This document shows, one piece after another, positions 1 to 9,923 of a stretch of 64,000 bases of DNA (its first letter is position 1; the number at the start of each line of letters is the position of its first letter). Origin of the DNA: an uncultured Bacteroidota bacterium. Its GTDB lineage: Bacteria > Bacteroidota > Bacteroidia > Flavobacteriales > Flavobacteriaceae. The notes under the pieces are model-generated. The model had not been told where the DNA came from, ran no database searches, and worked only from the letters and a program-made list of their open reading frames with translations. The stretch lies in assembly GCA_902536935.1 (NCBI GenBank), contig CACAZM010000001.1:22013-86012 (forward strand), read 5' to 3'. A program made the position numbers and the translations under genes.

Positions 1-590
1 CCAATGATCGCAAGCAAACTATCAACAGCAGCGGATTCGCCAACTTGAACTCCGATATGCAATAACTCTCCTGAATAAAAAGATTCAAATTCCATGGTAG
101 CTTTGTCGGTTTCAATTTCAGCGAGAATTTCGCCTTCCTCAACAGCATCTCCAACATTTTTGAGCCACGAGGCGACGGTTCCTTCCTCCATAGTGTCGCT
201 CAAGCGTGGCATTTTAACCACCTCGACTCCCTCAGGAACAGCAGTAGATTGTTTTTCTTTTGAAGGTTCCGGCTGACTTTCTTCTGTATCAGAGGTTTCT
301 TCTGTTTCAGGATTAGCTGAATCTGCGTTCAAGAACCCACTGACATCTTCCCCTTCATCACCAATAATGGCAAGTAAGCTATCTACAGCAGCAGTTTCAC
401 CCTCTGCAATTCCGATATGAAGAAGAAAGCCCTCATTAAAAGACTCAAATTCCATGGTGGCTTTATCCGTTTCAATTTCAGCAAGTATATCGCCTTCTTC
501 AACTTTATCTCCAACTTTTTTGAGCCATGAAGAGACCGTTCCTTCTTCCATGGTGTCGCTCAATCGCGGCATATTTACTACAATCGCCAT
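1..590 (-). CDS. Pyruvate dehydrogenase complex E2 (dihydrolipoamide acetyltransferase), N-terminal part; gene runs off the left edge
   Basis: Reverse complement of 541-590 reads MAIVVNMPRLSDTMEEG. Two lipoyl-attachment domains (ETDKATMEFES motif twice) are separated by an acidic Pro/Ser/Thr/Glu linker. The start lies 1 nt downstream of the pdhA stop. It is absent from the ORF track because the window edge truncates it. Confidence 0.85.
   Translation of the reverse strand, partial: MAIVVNMPRLSDTMEEGTVSSWLKKVGDKVEEGDILAEIETDKATMEFESFNEGFLLHIGIAEGETAAVDSLLAIIGDEGEDVSGFLNADSANPETEETSDTEESQPEPSKEKQSTAVPEGVEVVKMPRLSDTMEEGTVASWLKNVGDAVEEGEILAEIETDKATMEFESFYSGELLHIGVQVGESAAVDSLLAII
1..590 (-). repeat. 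In-frame tandem duplication (360-bp period) encoding the lipoyl domains of E2
   Basis: Positions 1-230 align with 361-590 at a constant offset of 360 nt. For example, 81-120 versus 441-480 differ at 4 of 40 positions. Other stretches are more diverged. Confidence 0.8.
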
Positions 591-591
591 A

Positions 592-1590
592 TTATAATTT
601 ATGTGCTAAAAATGGATAATCACTTTGCTCGTAGACAGCATCGTACATCACAGATTTTTCTGGATAGGGAGAAGATTCTGCAAAATCTGCACATTCTTGT
701 ACTCGATTTTTTACAACTGTGTCAATGCTTCCAAGCTCCTCCTCGGTAGCAAATTCACTTTTCAAAATATGCTCGCGAACTTGGGTAATCGGATCAATTT
801 TTCGGTATTCATTGACCTCATCTTTGGTGCGGTAATGTTGTGCGTCTGACATCGAATGCCCACGATATCTGTATGTTTTTGCTTCCAAGAACGTGGGACC
901 ATCCCCCTTTCTTGCTCTATTAATAGCTTCAGAAATACCCTCTGCCACTTTCACGGGATCCATCCCGTCAATGGGTCCACATGGCATTTCATAGCCAAGG
1001 CCTAATTTCCAGATGTCTGTATGATTGGCTGTGCGCTCAACAGAAGTTCCCATGGCGTAGCCATTGTTCTCCACGATAAACACAACTGGAAGTTTCCATA
1101 GCATAGCGAGATTGAGTGTTTCGTGAAGTGAGCCCTGACGAACTGCTCCATCACCCATGTAACAAAGAGTTACGGCGTCGCTTCCGTGGTATTTATCTCC
1201 AAATGCCATTCCAGCTCCTAAAGGAATTTGACCTCCGACGATTCCGTGCCCCCCATGAAAGCGGTGTTCTTTTGAAAAAATATGCATTGAACCCCCAAGA
1301 CCCTGGGAGGTTCCCGTCTCTTTTCCGTAAAGCTCAGCCATTACTCGTTTGGGGTCTACACCCATCCCAATGGGCTGAACGTGGTTACGATAGGCTGTGA
1401 TCATCCGGTCTTTGGTGAGATCCATCGCATGAAGGGAGCCAGCCAGAACTGCTTCTTGCCCATTGTATAGATGTAAAAATCCTCGTACTTTTTGTTGAAT
1501 GTAAACAGCGGCAAGCTTGTCTTCAAACTTTCGCCAGAAGAGCATATTCTCATACCAACTCAAATAAGTTTCTTTGGTTACTTCTTTCAT
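592..1590 (-). CDS. pdhA: Pyruvate dehydrogenase E1 component, alpha subunit
   Basis: Thiamine-diphosphate E1 alpha hallmarks are present (GFLHLYNGQEA, GDGAVRQG, YRYRGHSMSD). I chose the ATG at 1590 (MKEVTKETYLSWYE) over the track start at 1647. A -7 box lies inside the 19-codon extension. Confidence 0.95.
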   Translation of the reverse strand: MKEVTKETYLSWYENMLFWRKFEDKLAAVYIQQKVRGFLHLYNGQEAVLAGSLHAMDLTKDRMITAYRNHVQPIGMGVDPKRVMAELYGKETGTSQGLGGSMHIFSKEHRFHGGHGIVGGQIPLGAGMAFGDKYHGSDAVTLCYMGDGAVRQGSLHETLNLAMLWKLPVVFIVENNGYAMGTSVERTANHTDIWKLGLGYEMPCGPIDGMDPVKVAEGISEAINRARKGDGPTFLEAKTYRYRGHSMSDAQHYRTKDEVNEYRKIDPITQVREHILKSEFATEEELGSIDTVVKNRVQECADFAESSPYPEKSVMYDAVYEQSDYPFLAHKL

Positions 1591-1627
1591 AGAAAAAATA
1601 CCTTTTGTTTCAAATGATATTTGACTG

Positions 1628-1635
1628 CAAAGGTA
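1628..1635 (-). promoter_or_regulatory. Candidate Bacteroidota -7 promoter box (TAccTTTG) for pdhA
   Basis: Plus strand reads caaaggta, an exact TAnnTTTG on the minus strand, 37 nt upstream of the pdhA ATG. No convincing -33 TTTG was seen. Confidence 0.4.
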
Positions 1636-1695
1636 ATGCTTTCCCACTTTGTGTAAAAATGGGAAATTAGATTATTCAAACAATATTGATATTTG

Positions 1696-2847
1696 CTAGT
1701 TCTCTAAAGAATCACCAAAATTAAATGTCAGTGAAAAACGGAGGGTGTTTTCGAGAGGATTAATCACTTTTGTTGCTGAAATTAAATACGATAGATCGAT
1801 GTCTACAACATTATACTTAAAACCTGCACCAAGGGTAATAAATTTTCGCGCGCCCTTGTCTTCGTGTTCATTGAAATATCCTGCACGTACGGCGAAGGCA
1901 TTGTTGTAATTGAATTCGGCACCTAACGCCCAAGTAAATTCTTGCAATTCTTCACTGAACCCATCTGGAGCATCTCCAAATGACTTAAAAATTCCACTGA
2001 GAAAACTCACATCAGGTTGGACATAGCCAGTTATAATCTCTTGCCCTTCGGGATTGGTAGTTGTTATAGGTTCACTTGGTGTAGGAACGAGTAACTTGTT
2101 AATTTCTAATCCCAAACTAAGGGTGTTATAACTATCTAAAATTAAGTCAAAACCGCCACCGAGCTTTAAATTTGTTGGTAAATAATCGGCATAACCGTCG
2201 GTTTCGTAAGTGAGTTTTGGACCAAGATTGCTAATGTTAAACCCTCCACGCCATTTGCCTTCAAAATTGGTAAAGTCACGCTCTTCAGATTGATAATAAC
2301 CAGAAACCCCAAAAGCGACTGTACTCGCTGCGGAGGCGTCATCAATTGCAGAGCCAAGCTTGAGGTCTGAGTTGATGAAAGCACCAGTAACCCCCAAAGA
2401 GAATGATTCATTGAGTTTTAGCGCATAAGAGAAATCGAGTACAAATTCGTTTGGACGTTCGATGAGTGGATTGATAAAGTCCGCTGGTGTTTGACCAATC
2501 TCTATTTCGCCTAAGCTAAAATACTTTAAGCTTGTTGCCCAAGCTGCTCTCTCCGAAACAACCCTGTAATAAGAAACGTTCGCAAGGAAGATATCATTGA
2601 CTAATTGACTTAGATAGGGGGTATAGCTTACGCCAATTCCTGATTCACTGGGTGCAAAACTATATTTGGACGGATTCCAATTTTGGGAAAAAGCATCTGG
2701 TGTAGTAGCAACCCCTTGTTCACCCATGCCTGCTGACCTCGCATCAGATGTGATTAAAAGGAATGGAACTCCAGTTGTGATCACTCGATTTTGTCCGTAC
2801 AAAGCAATTGCGATGAAAACGAATACTAATGAAAAAAAACTCTTCAT
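1696..2847 (-). CDS. porV: T9SS outer-membrane channel/shuttle protein PorV (LptO)
   Basis: Signal peptide followed by GVPFLLITSDARSAGMGEQGVAT and a beta-barrel-like alternating pattern ending in F-rich strands. It sits immediately downstream of porU and opposite gldJ, the arrangement known in Flavobacterium johnsoniae. Confidence 0.85.
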   Translation of the reverse strand: MKSFFSLVFVFIAIALYGQNRVITTGVPFLLITSDARSAGMGEQGVATTPDAFSQNWNPSKYSFAPSESGIGVSYTPYLSQLVNDIFLANVSYYRVVSERAAWATSLKYFSLGEIEIGQTPADFINPLIERPNEFVLDFSYALKLNESFSLGVTGAFINSDLKLGSAIDDASAASTVAFGVSGYYQSEERDFTNFEGKWRGGFNISNLGPKLTYETDGYADYLPTNLKLGGGFDLILDSYNTLSLGLEINKLLVPTPSEPITTTNPEGQEIITGYVQPDVSFLSGIFKSFGDAPDGFSEELQEFTWALGAEFNYNNAFAVRAGYFNEHEDKGARKFITLGAGFKYNVVDIDLSYLISATKVINPLENTLRFSLTFNFGDSLEN

Positions 2848-2854
2848 ACTTAAA

Positions 2855-5800
2855 TTAATTCCTTATTATTCTATGTGTCTCAGTTTGTGTTGTATTAGAT
2901 AACGTAGAATTTAACGTAATCGTGCACAAATATACTCCCTTATTTACTAAAGTACCGTCATTTGACTGACCATTCCAAACGATTTCACTATTTGTGTTTG
3001 AACCAGAGTATAATATTTTGTTTTGCTCCCATACCTTTTTTCCATTGATATCGTGAATGATTATGTTTGCTTCAATAAGCTCACGAGGCTTATTGTGATT
3101 TACCCAGAACGTGGTTTGAGTTTCAAAGGGGTTAGGTATGTTGTAAATCGATTTTATTAAAATGTTATTATTATCAGAAACAACAAAATCAATGCTTTGT
3201 GTAGATGGATTGTTGTGGGTATCCCAAGCTGTCACAGAAAGCGTATGAGGACCTGGAGAAAGATTGTTGAGTAAATAGTTGAGAGAGCCAGACTGGTAGT
3301 CTCCTATATTTGTGCGAAAAAAATTATTTAAAACGATTGGGCTCTGAGTCATTCCATCCAAAACAGCCAAAAGCTCATGACCCAATCCGCCAGATGTATT
3401 GATACCGTTTTCATCTGATAATTTAGCGATTAAAATCGGGTTGGTGCCCGTCATATCTCCACTTTCAAATGATTCATCATCCAAAAAAAGTTCAATAAGA
3501 GGGCCTTTGTTATCTATTTCTGGATTCGGATTGATCCCTCCGATAAAAACGTCTGTGGATAGGCCAGTCTTTTTAGTCATTTTATCATTCGATATGGCGT
3601 ACATGCTGATGCGAGCTTGGCCCAGTGGAATTAAAATATCTTTAGGGATGACCAGCTCCATGTTCCAAAACCCATTATTTACTTCCGCATTTCCCTTAAA
3701 TACGACATTGCCAAGCGCATTGAAAGTGAATACCCCGTTGCCGTCATTGCCAAGGGTAGTTTTCTCAATTTCTTTGTCAAAGATTGTGAGTACAACCTCA
3801 CCTGAAAAATCATCTAGGAGTTCTCCAATTTTATCTGAAACTTGACCGGCAAGATTCACACGATCAAGGGCGCGTAATTGTTTGTTTTCATCATCTAATC
3901 CTTTGATTTCATAGCCATTAAGATGGGTTAGATCGACTCGGCCTTGTGGAATTGCGAGTTTGAGAGCTGGATCGCCGATAAAAAATATAATTCGCTTCTG
4001 GGATGTCCCAAAAAAATCATTTTTTGACAAGCGCAAGGCCTCTGAAATTGCTGTGTAATCATCCGAGCCGTAAGCGAATAAATTTTTTACCATTATATTA
4101 TTATAATTAATGCCATTCCCAACGTAAATTTGTCTAGTGGTTGAGACTAGCCCAATCACTCCACCAGCTGGATTGGCAAAACTCGCCTCACCTGCTGTAA
4201 AATATTCAGGGTTATCAAACCGGCTGAATTCACAAGTTGATGTAACAAAAAGCGGGAATCTTCCAGGATTGTAGAGACGGTCAGCAAGTTCTTTATCAAA
4301 TATTCTCTCTGAGGCCAGACCGCTTTCTCCACCATGCCCAAAATAATTTATGGCAAGCGTACCTTGAATAAATTGATTTTCCAAAGCTTGATTGACCCCA
4401 GGATAACTGTCTCCTGAAGCAGATACTACCTGCTTAAAAGCATCAGAATGCAATTTTTGTAAGTTTAAGAATGGTTTGTTGGCAACCACCTCATCTCCCA
4501 ATTCATCAAGGCGCCGCTGAATGATGCTTTCCCATTCTTCATCTGGGTCGTCAGATAATATTGTAAATGTGTTTTGCCAGTCACCATTGGACAAACTATA
4601 ATCAATCGATTTATTAATCATTGCGAGTGCTCCTTCTTTTGTGTCAAATAGAATCCGTCCAACAGCTAGATCCATTCGATCATGTAAACCGAGGTCCCCT
4701 TCGTTAATATCCATCATCGCATAAAAGTCGTCGGACATATAGCTATTAGCCAAGTGGAAGCTGTTTAAGGCGTGATAAGTCGGCACAATCATATTGTTGT
4801 TTGGCAGGCGATCCTTATAGTCAAAGCTTGTGTCTCCAAACAAACAAACATATTTAGGTTTATTGTCATCAGAATTGTAGAGGTATGCATAGCGAAGTGC
4901 ATTACGAATCGCCATAATGTCGATGTTACCCGCACTAAAATCATCGTAAATTTCAGATAAGGTCAAGACCGATGATTTTAATCCCGTATGCGTGCGGTGG
5001 TGTGTGGCTAATTTGTTCGCTTCCTCGACAAAGTTGTCGTGTGTGATAATGATATATTCTGCTTCGTTGAAAAGTCGTTCCCGCAATTGGGGTGAAGTAA
5101 ATGTATCTCCATATCCACTTCGTTTTGGGCTGTAAACGTCACTTGCACTATAAACATGATAGTGATCGGCATTTTCATTTGATGTAAAATATACCTCACG
5201 ATTAGCGTTGGGCTCGATAACCTGAATCGTACCATTCGGAAGCAATTCCCAAATTGCATCCACGCCAGTTGCATGATAAGGATTTGAATTCGTTGTTGTA
5301 AAGCCAAACTGACCACGGTCTCCAGAAAGAGTTCGCTCATAAGTCAGTTGAATATAATCCAAATAACCAACCGCAGAGCTATATCCAGACGCATCGTAGT
5401 GCAAGACCACATCCAATACATTTGAAGAGGGAATTGACGATAGGGTTATCGTACCTTCCGTTGCTCTTGTTAGAGTTTGTATTGGTGATATATACAGAGA
5501 CGTACTTTCATTCTCTACACTTAAGTCAAAACGACTACCATTTACAGATGAAGCTGCTGCAGCAAGTTTGACAGCTACCGTAGTTGATGCCTTTCTGTTA
5601 GTCAATTCAAAGGAGTAATTTTCGGAAGTGTTGTGGAGAAAACGATCTCCAAACCACTTCCTCCCCATTTGCGCAATATTAACTAAGTCTTCTTCGATGT
5701 GAAGACTCGCAGATGCGCTAGTTTGTGGATTATTAATACTAACTGCTGAGGATTGAGTATTTACTCGAAGTCCATTTTCTCCCCCGTACGAAATAATATA

Positions 5801-6598
5801 ATGTGCTTGGTCATGATAAAGATTGACTCCAGTTTGACTTTCATGGTTCCATTCTGTTGAGCCGTAAGCAAAGAAAAGAATATAATCTTCATCATCAATT
5901 CTGCCATCGTCCATACCAATTAGTTTGAGAGGATTTTCTGAAAACCCAAAATTGACTCCCTCGATTCCCGAATTGATCAAGGAAAGCATTTTGCCTCCCC
6001 TTCCAAAGATTTTCAAAGTTTTTGGATTGATACTAGAAATTGGCATTCCCAAGTCACGTAAAAACGCAGCTGGTAATTTGTGGATTCCTGTTTTATTAAC
6101 CTCAAATCTATAACCAGAACGAGGGGGCATAGAATCGATTGATGGCAGTTGTTGGACACGCTGTGCTAACTTTTTAACTGCATTAGGGATAATGGTAAAT
6201 CCAGTAACAACATGTAAATTGTTGTTTTTCATAATAAAGGGTTCGATTTGAAAAACAACTTGGTGAACATCTCTTCCTATGGTTTTGTATACCATAGTAT
6301 GAGGATAAGTAGCAAGTTGATCCAAATCAAGATCTAACTCTAAGTAGGAATCAACTTCTTCAGTTTGCACATTTCCGATAGAGTATTGAAAGTTTGAATT
6401 TTCAACCAGCTGTTTTGAGATGCTGATGGCAAAGCGCTGAAGGTCTTCGTCGTAAAAAACAGTATGACCTATCGCTTTGGGTACTCTTTTTAACAGATCT
6501 CCAACATGTATCTGTTCGGTTCCTTGCCAATTCCATTGCACATCAATCTGCTGAGACCATATGTAAATAGGTAAAAAGAATAGGGTCAATAATCGCAT
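2855..6598 (-). CDS. porU: T9SS C-terminal signal peptidase/sortase PorU (gingipain-like peptidase C25 domain)
   Basis: About 1247 aa with a signal peptide (MRLLTLFFLPIYIWSQQ), a large C25-like core, and a C-terminal beta-sandwich tail resembling a T9SS sorting domain (NIPNPFETQTTFWV...KGVYLCTITL). The track start at 6607 is a TTG, so I use the ATG at 6598. The porU-porV gap is 7 nt. Confidence 0.85.
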   Translation of the reverse strand: MRLLTLFFLPIYIWSQQIDVQWNWQGTEQIHVGDLLKRVPKAIGHTVFYDEDLQRFAISISKQLVENSNFQYSIGNVQTEEVDSYLELDLDLDQLATYPHTMVYKTIGRDVHQVVFQIEPFIMKNNNLHVVTGFTIIPNAVKKLAQRVQQLPSIDSMPPRSGYRFEVNKTGIHKLPAAFLRDLGMPISSINPKTLKIFGRGGKMLSLINSGIEGVNFGFSENPLKLIGMDDGRIDDEDYILFFAYGSTEWNHESQTGVNLYHDQAHYIISYGGENGLRVNTQSSAVSINNPQTSASASLHIEEDLVNIAQMGRKWFGDRFLHNTSENYSFELTNRKASTTVAVKLAAAASSVNGSRFDLSVENESTSLYISPIQTLTRATEGTITLSSIPSSNVLDVVLHYDASGYSSAVGYLDYIQLTYERTLSGDRGQFGFTTTNSNPYHATGVDAIWELLPNGTIQVIEPNANREVYFTSNENADHYHVYSASDVYSPKRSGYGDTFTSPQLRERLFNEAEYIIITHDNFVEEANKLATHHRTHTGLKSSVLTLSEIYDDFSAGNIDIMAIRNALRYAYLYNSDDNKPKYVCLFGDTSFDYKDRLPNNNMIVPTYHALNSFHLANSYMSDDFYAMMDINEGDLGLHDRMDLAVGRILFDTKEGALAMINKSIDYSLSNGDWQNTFTILSDDPDEEWESIIQRRLDELGDEVVANKPFLNLQKLHSDAFKQVVSASGDSYPGVNQALENQFIQGTLAINYFGHGGESGLASERIFDKELADRLYNPGRFPLFVTSTCEFSRFDNPEYFTAGEASFANPAGGVIGLVSTTRQIYVGNGINYNNIMVKNLFAYGSDDYTAISEALRLSKNDFFGTSQKRIIFFIGDPALKLAIPQGRVDLTHLNGYEIKGLDDENKQLRALDRVNLAGQVSDKIGELLDDFSGEVVLTIFDKEIEKTTLGNDGNGVFTFNALGNVVFKGNAEVNNGFWNMELVIPKDILIPLGQARISMYAISNDKMTKKTGLSTDVFIGGINPNPEIDNKGPLIELFLDDESFESGDMTGTNPILIAKLSDENGINTSGGLGHELLAVLDGMTQSPIVLNNFFRTNIGDYQSGSLNYLLNNLSPGPHTLSVTAWDTHNNPSTQSIDFVVSDNNNILIKSIYNIPNPFETQTTFWVNHNKPRELIEANIIIHDINGKKVWEQNKILYSGSNTNSEIVWNGQSNDGTLVNKGVYLCTITLNSTLSNTTQTETHRIIRN

Positions 6599-6751
6599 AA
6601 TAAACAATTACGAAAAAGTTTGTAAGATAGTGTTTGAAATTAAAAATCGTAATAAAAAGGGATGTATAATCGCTTTGAGCAATATAAATTGTATGTCATG
6701 AGAGTCAAATTTACACATATTTACTATCTTGCAGTCCAAATTAGAATTTGT

Positions 6752-8428
6752 ATGTTGCGCAAATGCATATTCACATTGTCTGTTTTGGCATCAATTTCCT
6801 TTATACTCACTGGATGTAGCCGTAATGGATCAGTTAAAAGTGGCGAGTCATCCGCTACGGGTTGGAAAATTGGCGAAAAAGGTGGCTTTGATTATAAAGG
6901 TAAAGACTACAAAGACCAAATTCAAGGACCCAATTTAATTCTTGTTCACGGTGGCACCTACACCAAAGGACGCGTTCAAGATGATGTCATGAAAGATTGG
7001 AACAATGCACCAACAAGGATGCAAGTCCGATCATTTTACATGGACGAAACGGAGGTCACAAATTTGATGTATATTGAATATCTAGAGTGGCTCAAGCGTG
7101 TTTTTGTTGATCAACCAGAAATTTACTTATCTGCTTTACCAGATACACTTGTCTGGAGAAACCAACTCGGTTACTATGATGACATGGTTAATAACTATCT
7201 ACGCCATCCTGCTTTTCGCACACATCCTGTAGTTGGGGTAAGCTGGCAACAAGCTAGTAACTTTGCCAAATGGAGAACAAATCGAGTAAACGAATTGATA
7301 TTAGAGGAAAAAGGATGGATTGCAAAAGGTGCTAGAACTTCGGATGACATCCAAGGGATTACCAATTTTGACACAGAAACCTATCTCAAACGTCCCGACC
7401 TTGTGTATGGTGGGAACTACACTGCCGAAAACGTAAAATCAGCTGAAAATGATACAGAAGATCAAACACAATCATTTGTTGGCCGTCGTGCTCAAATTAC
7501 CATACGCGGAGAGGGCACAGAGGAAGATGATGTTAAAGTAACCAATGCTAGCGTGGAATATGGTATTGTTCTACCTGAATACAGATTACCAACTGAGTCC
7601 GAATGGGAATACGCAGCTCTCGGACTTGCAGGAATTCGTGAGTATAATTCATATCAGGGGAAAAAGAAATACCCCTGGTCTGGCGATACTTCAAGAGTTA
7701 CGCAAAGCCGCAATGCCGGTGATCAACTTGCCAATTTTAAGCAAGGACGCGGGGATTTCAGTGGAGTAGCTGGCTGGTCAAATGACGATGCTGAAATCAC
7801 TGCAGACGTTTACCAATATCCACCAAACGATTTTGGCTTGTATGGGATGGCAGGTAATGTTTCCGAATGGGTGGCTGATGTCTACAGGCCTCTAACAAAT
7901 AACGAAGTTAGCGATATGAATTACTTCCGTGGTAATTTATTTCAAACATACATTACTGAAGATGGAAAAGCTTCTGTGAATAATGACGTTATCAATAATG
8001 ATGACAATCCCAATGGCCGTAGTGTTTACAGTCAATTGCCAGGATCTATTCAAAAAGAAGATATAGTTCCAAATGATTTTGACTCTGAATTCACAAGCCA
8101 GGAATTGTTAAATTCAAATGGATTGGTTGCCAACAATCTTGCATATGCAGATGGCGATAAGCTCTTTCAGCGGGATGAAGAAGAAATGTACACCGATGCT
8201 TTTGACGAGACCCGGAAGAGAGAAGAAAAACGCCTTACACTTGTGTCCAATACTACACGAGTTATTAAAGGAGCATCTTGGAAAGACCGTGCCTATTGGC
8301 TCGATCCAGCACAGCGTCGCTATATGCCAGAATTTTTAGCTGCAGACTATATTGGCTTCCGATGTGCAATGTCTTACCTAGGGAGTACAAGCGGAGACCG
8401 TAAACCACGTGGTATTCCGAAAAACTAA
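6752..8428 (+). CDS. gldJ: Gliding motility lipoprotein GldJ (FGE/SUMF1-like fold)
   Basis: Lipoprotein signal MLRKCIFTLSVLASISFILTGC. Strong resemblance to GldJ (SSATGWK...GGTYTKGRVQDDVMKDWNNAPTRMQVRSFYMDETEVTN). Followed by murF as in F. johnsoniae. I chose the ATG at 6752 over the track start at 6662. Confidence 0.9.
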   Translation: MLRKCIFTLSVLASISFILTGCSRNGSVKSGESSATGWKIGEKGGFDYKGKDYKDQIQGPNLILVHGGTYTKGRVQDDVMKDWNNAPTRMQVRSFYMDETEVTNLMYIEYLEWLKRVFVDQPEIYLSALPDTLVWRNQLGYYDDMVNNYLRHPAFRTHPVVGVSWQQASNFAKWRTNRVNELILEEKGWIAKGARTSDDIQGITNFDTETYLKRPDLVYGGNYTAENVKSAENDTEDQTQSFVGRRAQITIRGEGTEEDDVKVTNASVEYGIVLPEYRLPTESEWEYAALGLAGIREYNSYQGKKKYPWSGDTSRVTQSRNAGDQLANFKQGRGDFSGVAGWSNDDAEITADVYQYPPNDFGLYGMAGNVSEWVADVYRPLTNNEVSDMNYFRGNLFQTYITEDGKASVNNDVINNDDNPNGRSVYSQLPGSIQKEDIVPNDFDSEFTSQELLNSNGLVANNLAYADGDKLFQRDEEEMYTDAFDETRKREEKRLTLVSNTTRVIKGASWKDRAYWLDPAQRRYMPEFLAADYIGFRCAMSYLGSTSGDRKPRGIPKN

Positions 8429-8453
8429 GTATACAATTCTTTAGCTAACTATA

Positions 8454-9719
8454 ATGTCAGCGCTTTACAACACCTTTAGAGATGCTGTGGGAGTCAGTAC
8501 TGACAGCCGAACCCTTCAATCTGGTCAACTTTTTTTTGCCCTGAGTGGACCAAACTTTGATGGAAATCAATTTGCAAAACAAGCACTTAACAAGGGAGCG
8601 ATTGCGGTGGTTGTTGATGAAGACATCTCGATTAGTGATAATAGAGTGATTCGCGTTGAAAACACCTTAAAATCACTCCAAATGCTTTCGACAGAACATC
8701 GAAAAACTCTAGGAACAACTATCATTGCCTTAACGGGAAGCAACGGAAAAACTACCACAAAAGAACTCATTTATTCGGTGCTTAGCACGACCTTTAATAC
8801 CGTAGCTACACAAGGGAACCTCAATAATCATATTGGCGTTCCTATGACCTTGCTTTCACTAAATGAAGACACCGAAATCGGCGTCGTCGAAATGGGTGCC
8901 AATCACCCTGTAGAGATTGAGTTGTTGGCCAATATCGCTCAACCAGATGCTGGGCTGATTACCAATTTCGGAAAGGCCCATCTTGAGGGATTCGGTAGCT
9001 TGGAAGGTGTTGTCAAAGCAAAATCAGAACTCTATGACTATCTCAAAAACACAAATGGACTAATTTTTGCCAATGCCGATGATCTAAAAATCATGGAACA
9101 ACTCAAAGATCAAGATCCAATCACCTATGGGACAGATACAAACACAATGGTATCTGCAACTCTTCATACGGAAAACGATACGATTCGAATTGAGATTGAT
9201 CAACAAGAGATACAAACCCAGATCAGCGGGGCTTATAATGGATACAATGCCTTGGCTGCCTATGCAATAGGTCGACACTTTGGGGTGTCACCACAAAACG
9301 CGAAAAGGGCCCTCGAATCATATATTCCTGACAACAACCGCTCTCAACTCATTCGCAAAAAAGATCTCCACATCACCCTAGATGCCTACAATGCCAATCC
9401 AACGAGTATGCAAGCTGCCCTAGCGAGTTTCTCTAAAAAAGAAGGGAAGAAGATTGCGGTTCTTGGACAAATGAATGAACTCGGAAAGCACACTGAAACC
9501 GAACACAAACGACTTGTAGATTGGATAAAAGCCTCTTCGATTGATGATTGCTATTGGGTAGGCTCTGCTTTCGCACCTTTTATTTCCCCTGACAAGTACT
9601 TTTCTACTGTTGATCAGGCCATAGATTATTTCTCAAAAATCTCTCTTGGACAAGCATCGCTGCTCGTAAAGGGATCTCGCAGTTTCACACTCGAAAAATT
9701 AGTAGACGTTTTTCACTAA
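8454..9719 (+). CDS. murF: UDP-N-acetylmuramoyl-tripeptide--D-alanyl-D-alanine ligase
   Basis: Mur ligase P-loop LTGSNGKTTTKE, a DAYNANP motif, and a typical length of 421 aa. Confidence 0.9.
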   Translation: MSALYNTFRDAVGVSTDSRTLQSGQLFFALSGPNFDGNQFAKQALNKGAIAVVVDEDISISDNRVIRVENTLKSLQMLSTEHRKTLGTTIIALTGSNGKTTTKELIYSVLSTTFNTVATQGNLNNHIGVPMTLLSLNEDTEIGVVEMGANHPVEIELLANIAQPDAGLITNFGKAHLEGFGSLEGVVKAKSELYDYLKNTNGLIFANADDLKIMEQLKDQDPITYGTDTNTMVSATLHTENDTIRIEIDQQEIQTQISGAYNGYNALAAYAIGRHFGVSPQNAKRALESYIPDNNRSQLIRKKDLHITLDAYNANPTSMQAALASFSKKEGKKIAVLGQMNELGKHTETEHKRLVDWIKASSIDDCYWVGSAFAPFISPDKYFSTVDQAIDYFSKISLGQASLLVKGSRSFTLEKLVDVFH

Positions 9720-9916
9720 TGGGGCGCGCTATTCTATTTATCGGATTGGTTCTTGTTCTAATCGGGGGCGTACTACTATTGGGAGAAAAGTATGGTGTTA
9801 AAAATCCACTTGACTTTCGATTTGGAGGAGAAAACTGGACGTTTTACTTCCCACTCGGTACTTCTATACTGGTCAGTATTGTTTTGAGCTTGTTGATTTA
9901 CTTCTTTAAAAAGTAA
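9719..9916 (+). CDS. DUF2905-family small membrane protein
   Basis: 65 aa with two hydrophobic helices flanking the conserved core ENWTFYFPLGTSI. Its start overlaps the murF stop (TAATG). Confidence 0.7.
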   Translation: MGRAILFIGLVLVLIGGVLLLGEKYGVKNPLDFRFGGENWTFYFPLGTSILVSIVLSLLIYFFKK

Positions 9917-9923
9917 AAATATG

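Noticed and set aside
3399-3845. Long antisense ORFs inside large genes. Examples: 3399-3845 in porU, 18173-18685 in gpmI, 45996-46430 in pnp, 50294-50641 in ptrB, 52356-52877 in anmK, 61385-61978 in the esterase gene, and 94-276 in E2.
   Set aside because: Each lies fully within a confidently identified gene on the opposite strand. They have low-complexity or odd composition (Ser/Ile/Leu/Phe-rich) and no recognisable motifs. They are typical shadow ORFs.
6706-6713. Exact minus-strand TAaaTTTG box in the porU/gldJ divergent region as the porU promoter.
   Set aside because: It lies 108 nt upstream of the porU ATG, far beyond the 16-25 nt seen for other genes here. In this AT-rich spacer it could easily be a chance match. 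It is not listed as a feature.
6662-6751. N-terminal extensions in the ORF track (gldJ 6662, nqrA 29087, ptrB 48491, ggt 46812, anmK 52215, aminotransferase 33258, pnp 44541, GNAT 16857, and others).
   Set aside because: Many begin at TTG/GTG. They add residues with no signal-peptide or family character, overlap neighbouring genes or candidate -7 boxes, and are followed by an ATG giving the canonical family N-terminus.
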